Assembly: GCA_964468965.1 (NCBI GenBank)
Contig: CAYXXA010000005.1
Span: 1-39,785 of the forward strand
Reading direction: 5' to 3'
Length of the DNA stretch: 39,785 nt
From: an uncultured Candidatus Peribacteria bacterium
GTDB taxonomy: Bacteria; Patescibacteriota; Gracilibacteria; UBA4473
The position numbers and the translations under genes are program-made. Under the pieces are notes generated by a model. The model saw only the letters and a program-made list of their open reading frames with translations. It did not search any database and was not told where the DNA came from. Positions within the stretch are counted from its first letter, which is position 1. The number at the start of each line of letters is the position of its first letter. This document shows positions 36,459-39,785 of this stretch, piece after piece.

Positions 36459-38219
36459 TTATAAACTACTTTGGGGTTCTGTCTTCTCTTCAAGATCTGA
36501 TCCATTTGGCTCCATAGATACCGCTTCTTCTTTTATTGGTTTTAAAGGTGAAATATCAAGAGAAAAATAGGGAAAAATCCTTGATTTAACCACTATATCT
36601 TCCTTGTTAAACGTTGTGATAAAGGCATTTACCTTTTTATTAAAGAGTTGCAAATCCTCTTCCGTAATGTGTTCTGGCACCATAAGATCAAAGTTTACAA
36701 AAACTCGTTTCTGTCCTTCTTCCGATGTCCATCGAATATCCAAATTTTCTATTGAAAATTTATCACTAGTATTATCCTCAAAAAATTGAGCCCACCGTTG
36801 TTCAATTTCAGAAAACCAAATTTCATCCTCCGTTGGTTTTTTGGGAATAGTCGGTAACTCTCGTGTAGGCAGATCACCCCAAATAAATTTAATTTCTTTC
36901 TGAGGAAAAGCCTGCCGAACATTCTGCTCAATAAAATCTTGAGTTTTTTTATCCATAAAAACTCCTTTCTTTAGGGTATAAACGGTCTTAACCGACCATT
37001 TATTTTTTAATAATTCTAGAGCTTCCTGAGTAACAATCAGACCTTCTGGGAATTTTTGCTTAAAGAAAAACCTCGTTTTCTTGATCAGTTGATCATCCAT
37101 TTGAGGGGCGTTAGTATCACTCTGAATACTCGCGACTCGATCAATACTCAGATCAAGTCCAACCGATTTCCCTAGATGAGTGGAAAGTACTTCAGCTAAT
37201 TGATCTATTTTATCACGATAAAAAGGAATATTTTCTGGTAATTGCACATTACCCGTTAGTTTTATTTTTTGAGACTTAACCGTTCCCTTTACCATCAAAT
37301 TTGTAAGTTTAGCCGAGGGGATACTTTGACTGAGTTCATCAGTTACTAAATGGTTAATTTCCTTTTTAAAATCAAGATTATCTCGAATTTGTTGGAGACT
37401 TTTTCCCAACGTAAACATCAAAACAATCACAATCGAAATAAGCACCAGCAAACTCCTGACTGTTTCTTTCGTATTTACCTCATGGGGATTGAATCCATAA
37501 AAAATAAACATCAAAGCCCCTACCATCAAGATAGACGCAAGATTCGTAAACAGGAGAATAAAAGCCCCCCATGCCGCCATAAAATTCCCTAAAAACAATT
37601 CAATCCCAATAACCGAAATTGGTGGCATCAACGCTGTTGCCATCGCCACACCAGCGACACTCGCGTAAAGTCTTTTATTGGATAAAGCTAAAAACGCAAT
37701 CATCGCCGAAGCCACAGCAATAAAAAAATCAAGAAGATTGGGCTTTGTTCGTGATAAAATCTCTGTATTTTCAATCACAATCGGTAGGTAAAAACTCAAG
37801 ACAAAGCCAAGTAGTGCTCCTAGAGAAATACTCAAGAATAACACCTTAAACGATCGCCAAAATAAACCATGTCGCCCATTGGCAATCGCAAAGGCCATAG
37901 CTTGAATCGGACGTAATAGAGGCGCAATCAGCATGGCTCCAATAATCACCGCCACCGATCCCTGAATCAACCCAAAGGTCGCAATAATACTCGAAAGAAT
38001 CACTTCCATCCAATAAAGTCGTCCAGTCCGAACGCCCTCAACAACAAGTTTTGAAATCTCCGTCTTTCCCTCATCGGGTTGCTTGAGCCACGCGATTTTG
38101 GTAAACAACTGATCAATGACCCATGACCACTCCGCATCCAATGGAGCATCCAATTTACGACGAAAAAACTCCAAAAGTTTATAGTTTTTACGACGCAGAT
38201 AATCTTTTATTTTAGACAT
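36459..38219 (-). CDS. DUF389 / TIGR00341-family membrane protein with long extracytoplasmic extension
   Basis: IATFGL..SVAVIIGAMLIAPL, EILSRTKPNLLD..IAVAS, GVAMATALMPP, LFTNL. Confidence 0.88.
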   Translation of the reverse strand: MSKIKDYLRRKNYKLLEFFRRKLDAPLDAEWSWVIDQLFTKIAWLKQPDEGKTEISKLVVEGVRTGRLYWMEVILSSIIATFGLIQGSVAVIIGAMLIAPLLRPIQAMAFAIANGRHGLFWRSFKVLFLSISLGALLGFVLSFYLPIVIENTEILSRTKPNLLDFFIAVASAMIAFLALSNKRLYASVAGVAMATALMPPISVIGIELFLGNFMAAWGAFILLFTNLASILMVGALMFIFYGFNPHEVNTKETVRSLLVLISIVIVLMFTLGKSLQQIRDNLDFKKEINHLVTDELSQSIPSAKLTNLMVKGTVKSQKIKLTGNVQLPENIPFYRDKIDQLAEVLSTHLGKSVGLDLSIDRVASIQSDTNAPQMDDQLIKKTRFFFKQKFPEGLIVTQEALELLKNKWSVKTVYTLKKGVFMDKKTQDFIEQNVRQAFPQKEIKFIWGDLPTRELPTIPKKPTEDEIWFSEIEQRWAQFFEDNTSDKFSIENLDIRWTSEEGQKRVFVNFDLMVPEHITEEDLQLFNKKVNAFITTFNKEDIVVKSRIFPYFSLDISPLKPIKEEAVSMEPNGSDLEEKTEPQSSL

Positions 38220-38388
38220 AAAAGGTGGCTATTGGTATTAAAAAAAAGGTCCTCAATTTCCAGTTTAGACGAATTGAGAACAGATTTCTAATTTTATCTC
38301 ATTAAAATAGCTTTATCCGCTTGGTTGCCTTAACGATATTTCATGAATCACGAAAGTAAAAGGGTTAATAAATAATTCTTATATTTGA

Positions 38389-39519
38389 TTACAAAACTGA
38401 TTCTAAAACCTTCATCGTCCTCTCAATTTCTTTTCTCGTCGTATCTCGACCAAATGAAATCCGAACGCCTCGTTCGGACTCCTCATCAGAAAACCCAATT
38501 GCCTTCAATACTTTTGATCCACCAACACTTCCACTACTACACGCCGAACCAGAGGAGAGCGCTACCCCTTTTAGATCACACTGCTGAACAAAAACCGAAC
38601 CTTTTTCCTGAGGCAGGATAAAATGAAAAATATGAGACATTTTATTGTCTTGAGGTGTTGTGATTCTAATATTTTTAAAGTTTTGAATAAAAAAGTTGTT
38701 CAGTATTTCATAAAACTCGTTCCATTGCTCTACTAATATGTTTCTTTCTTGGGTGTGCTGTTTCAATGCCTCTGCCATCGCCCAGATGCCCACGACATTC
38801 TCAGTTCCTCCTCGATACCCAAACTCCTGACTACCACCGATCAACGGTTTTATTTCAAAACTCGTATCGCTTATCAAAACCCCACTCCCCTTTAGTCCAC
38901 CAAACTTTTCCGCTGATAATACCAACGCATCACAAACCTGATGATCCAGTGAAATATCCGTATCCACCACTGACGCCGCCGTATCCACGACAAAAACAGG
39001 TCGATCTCCTTCTATTCGACGAATCATTTTCCCCAGCTTTGCCACAGGCTGCAGTAGTCCAACTTCTGAGTTTCCATGCTCACAAATCACCATATCCGAA
39101 GATAGTAGATCGGAGGCTGAAATATCAGACAAATCGATAAACCCCTTTGCCTCAAGCGGTAAATAGGTAATCGAAACGTTAAAATGATATTGTAAAAAAT
39201 TCACCGCTTCAAAAACCGCCGAGTGCATAATAGGCGACATTAAAATATTAAACGGCTTAGTCCCCTGCCTTCTCGCCAGATAGTTTCCAATAATCGCCAA
39301 ATGAAGCGCCTCCGTTGCCCCAGAGGTGAAAATAATATTTTCTAGTTTAGCTCGTAAAATCTTTCCCATATCATAACGAGCCTGATCAATAATCGATCGT
39401 GCCTCAATACCTGCTTGATGAACCGAACTCGGATTAGCGGATAATGTTGCTTTACCCGAAAGCCCCTTCACAATAGAAGGGAAAACTGTTGTGCTTGCCG
39501 CATGGTCTAGGTAAATCAT
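38389..39519 (-). CDS. iscS: Cysteine desulfurase (IscS/NifS type)
   Basis: IYLDHAAST, ANPSSVH, FTSGATEA, NSEVG..QP, PLP Lys in SAEKFGG.KG, RGGTEN, SSGSACSSG, RISFG. Confidence 0.9.
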   Translation of the reverse strand: MIYLDHAASTTVFPSIVKGLSGKATLSANPSSVHQAGIEARSIIDQARYDMGKILRAKLENIIFTSGATEALHLAIIGNYLARRQGTKPFNILMSPIMHSAVFEAVNFLQYHFNVSITYLPLEAKGFIDLSDISASDLLSSDMVICEHGNSEVGLLQPVAKLGKMIRRIEGDRPVFVVDTAASVVDTDISLDHQVCDALVLSAEKFGGLKGSGVLISDTSFEIKPLIGGSQEFGYRGGTENVVGIWAMAEALKQHTQERNILVEQWNEFYEILNNFFIQNFKNIRITTPQDNKMSHIFHFILPQEKGSVFVQQCDLKGVALSSGSACSSGSVGGSKVLKAIGFSDEESERGVRISFGRDTTRKEIERTMKVLESVL

Positions 39520-39695
39520 AGGCTCATATTTTCAATTGGGATTTTCATATTTTCAAGGAAATACTGATAAATTCAGCCAATAAAAAAATTATAGTATCTT
39601 TGAGAAAATTTCAACGAATAAGTTTTTTCTGAATAATTCATTCTTTAAAAACATATCAATTAACTCGTAATCAACGTACATATTACGAACTATAT

Positions 39696-39724
39696 TTGCA
39701 AATTTTAAAAAAGTTCCGTATATT
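39696..39724 (+). promoter_or_regulatory. Putative sigma70 promoter of a gene starting at the right edge
   Basis: TTGCAA-N17-TATATT. Confidence 0.5.
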
Positions 39725-39740
39725 GTAAGTGTTGTTCACC

Positions 39741-39785
39741 ATGTCGCTTCGTCATATTGGCTTCTTTTTTCATAAACAGAAAAAG
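39741..39785 (+). CDS. Probable N-terminus of a gene running off the window (MSLRHIGFFFHKQKK...)
   Basis: ATG just downstream of the promoter, open to the end of the window; too short to assign. Confidence 0.35.
   Translation, partial: MSLRHIGFFFHKQKK

Noticed and set aside
657-39140. Numerous 60-140 aa alternative-frame or antisense ORFs in the track
   Set aside because: They are nested in well-supported genes, many start at TTG/GTG, and none shows a recognisable motif.
39665-39688. TCGTAAT-N10-ATTACGA inverted repeat upstream of the right-edge promoter
   Set aside because: Single occurrence in AT-rich DNA with the target gene unknown; could be an operator but cannot be supported here.
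1-39785. Genetic code 25 (TGA=Gly), as in some Gracilibacteria/Absconditabacteria
   Set aside because: Conserved genes are full length under code 11, and TGA ends the antiporter (30022) and the TrmB-like gene (36436) at natural C-termini. The dnaE stop is TAA, so recoding cannot explain it.

Overview
AT-rich bacterial chromosomal segment with about 35 CDS and one tRNA-Leu(CAA). No CRISPR array, rRNA, transposase or phage gene was seen. Gene families (membrane-anchored bPH proteins, stand-alone VirB6/TrbL-like protein, TrmB-type regulator, Fn3 surface proteins, few Shine-Dalgarno sites) suggest Patescibacteria/CPR, possibly Gracilibacteria/Peregrinibacteria-like (inference). It reads cleanly in code 11, with TGA used as a stop. 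Housekeeping genes: creD (partial, missed by the ORF track), ung, secF, secD, dnaE, yebC, a pseudouridine synthase, lepB, class I aldolase, trhP, truB, nadK, a CPA2 antiporter, glnA and iscS. Most striking observations: (1) a pore-less voltage-sensor domain (S1-S4) fused to a membrane-anchored bacterial PH domain; (2) SecD with a parvulin PPIase inserted in its extracytoplasmic head; (3) DnaE that stops about 300 aa early with no C-terminal half in the window; (4) three secreted proteins with LPxTG or Lxx[SA]GP sortase-like tails; (5) a lepB operon with strongly Arg/Lys-rich secreted proteins; (6) an orphan V/A-ATPase subunit B with its own promoter and terminator; (7) paired TGT-N11-ACA boxes between glnA and a divergent TrmB-like regulator; (8) heptamer micro-repeats inserted in-frame in genes; (9) a dif-like site; (10) a recurrent TAACCC motif upstream of start codons. 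All family calls come from motif recognition by eye; no database search was run.
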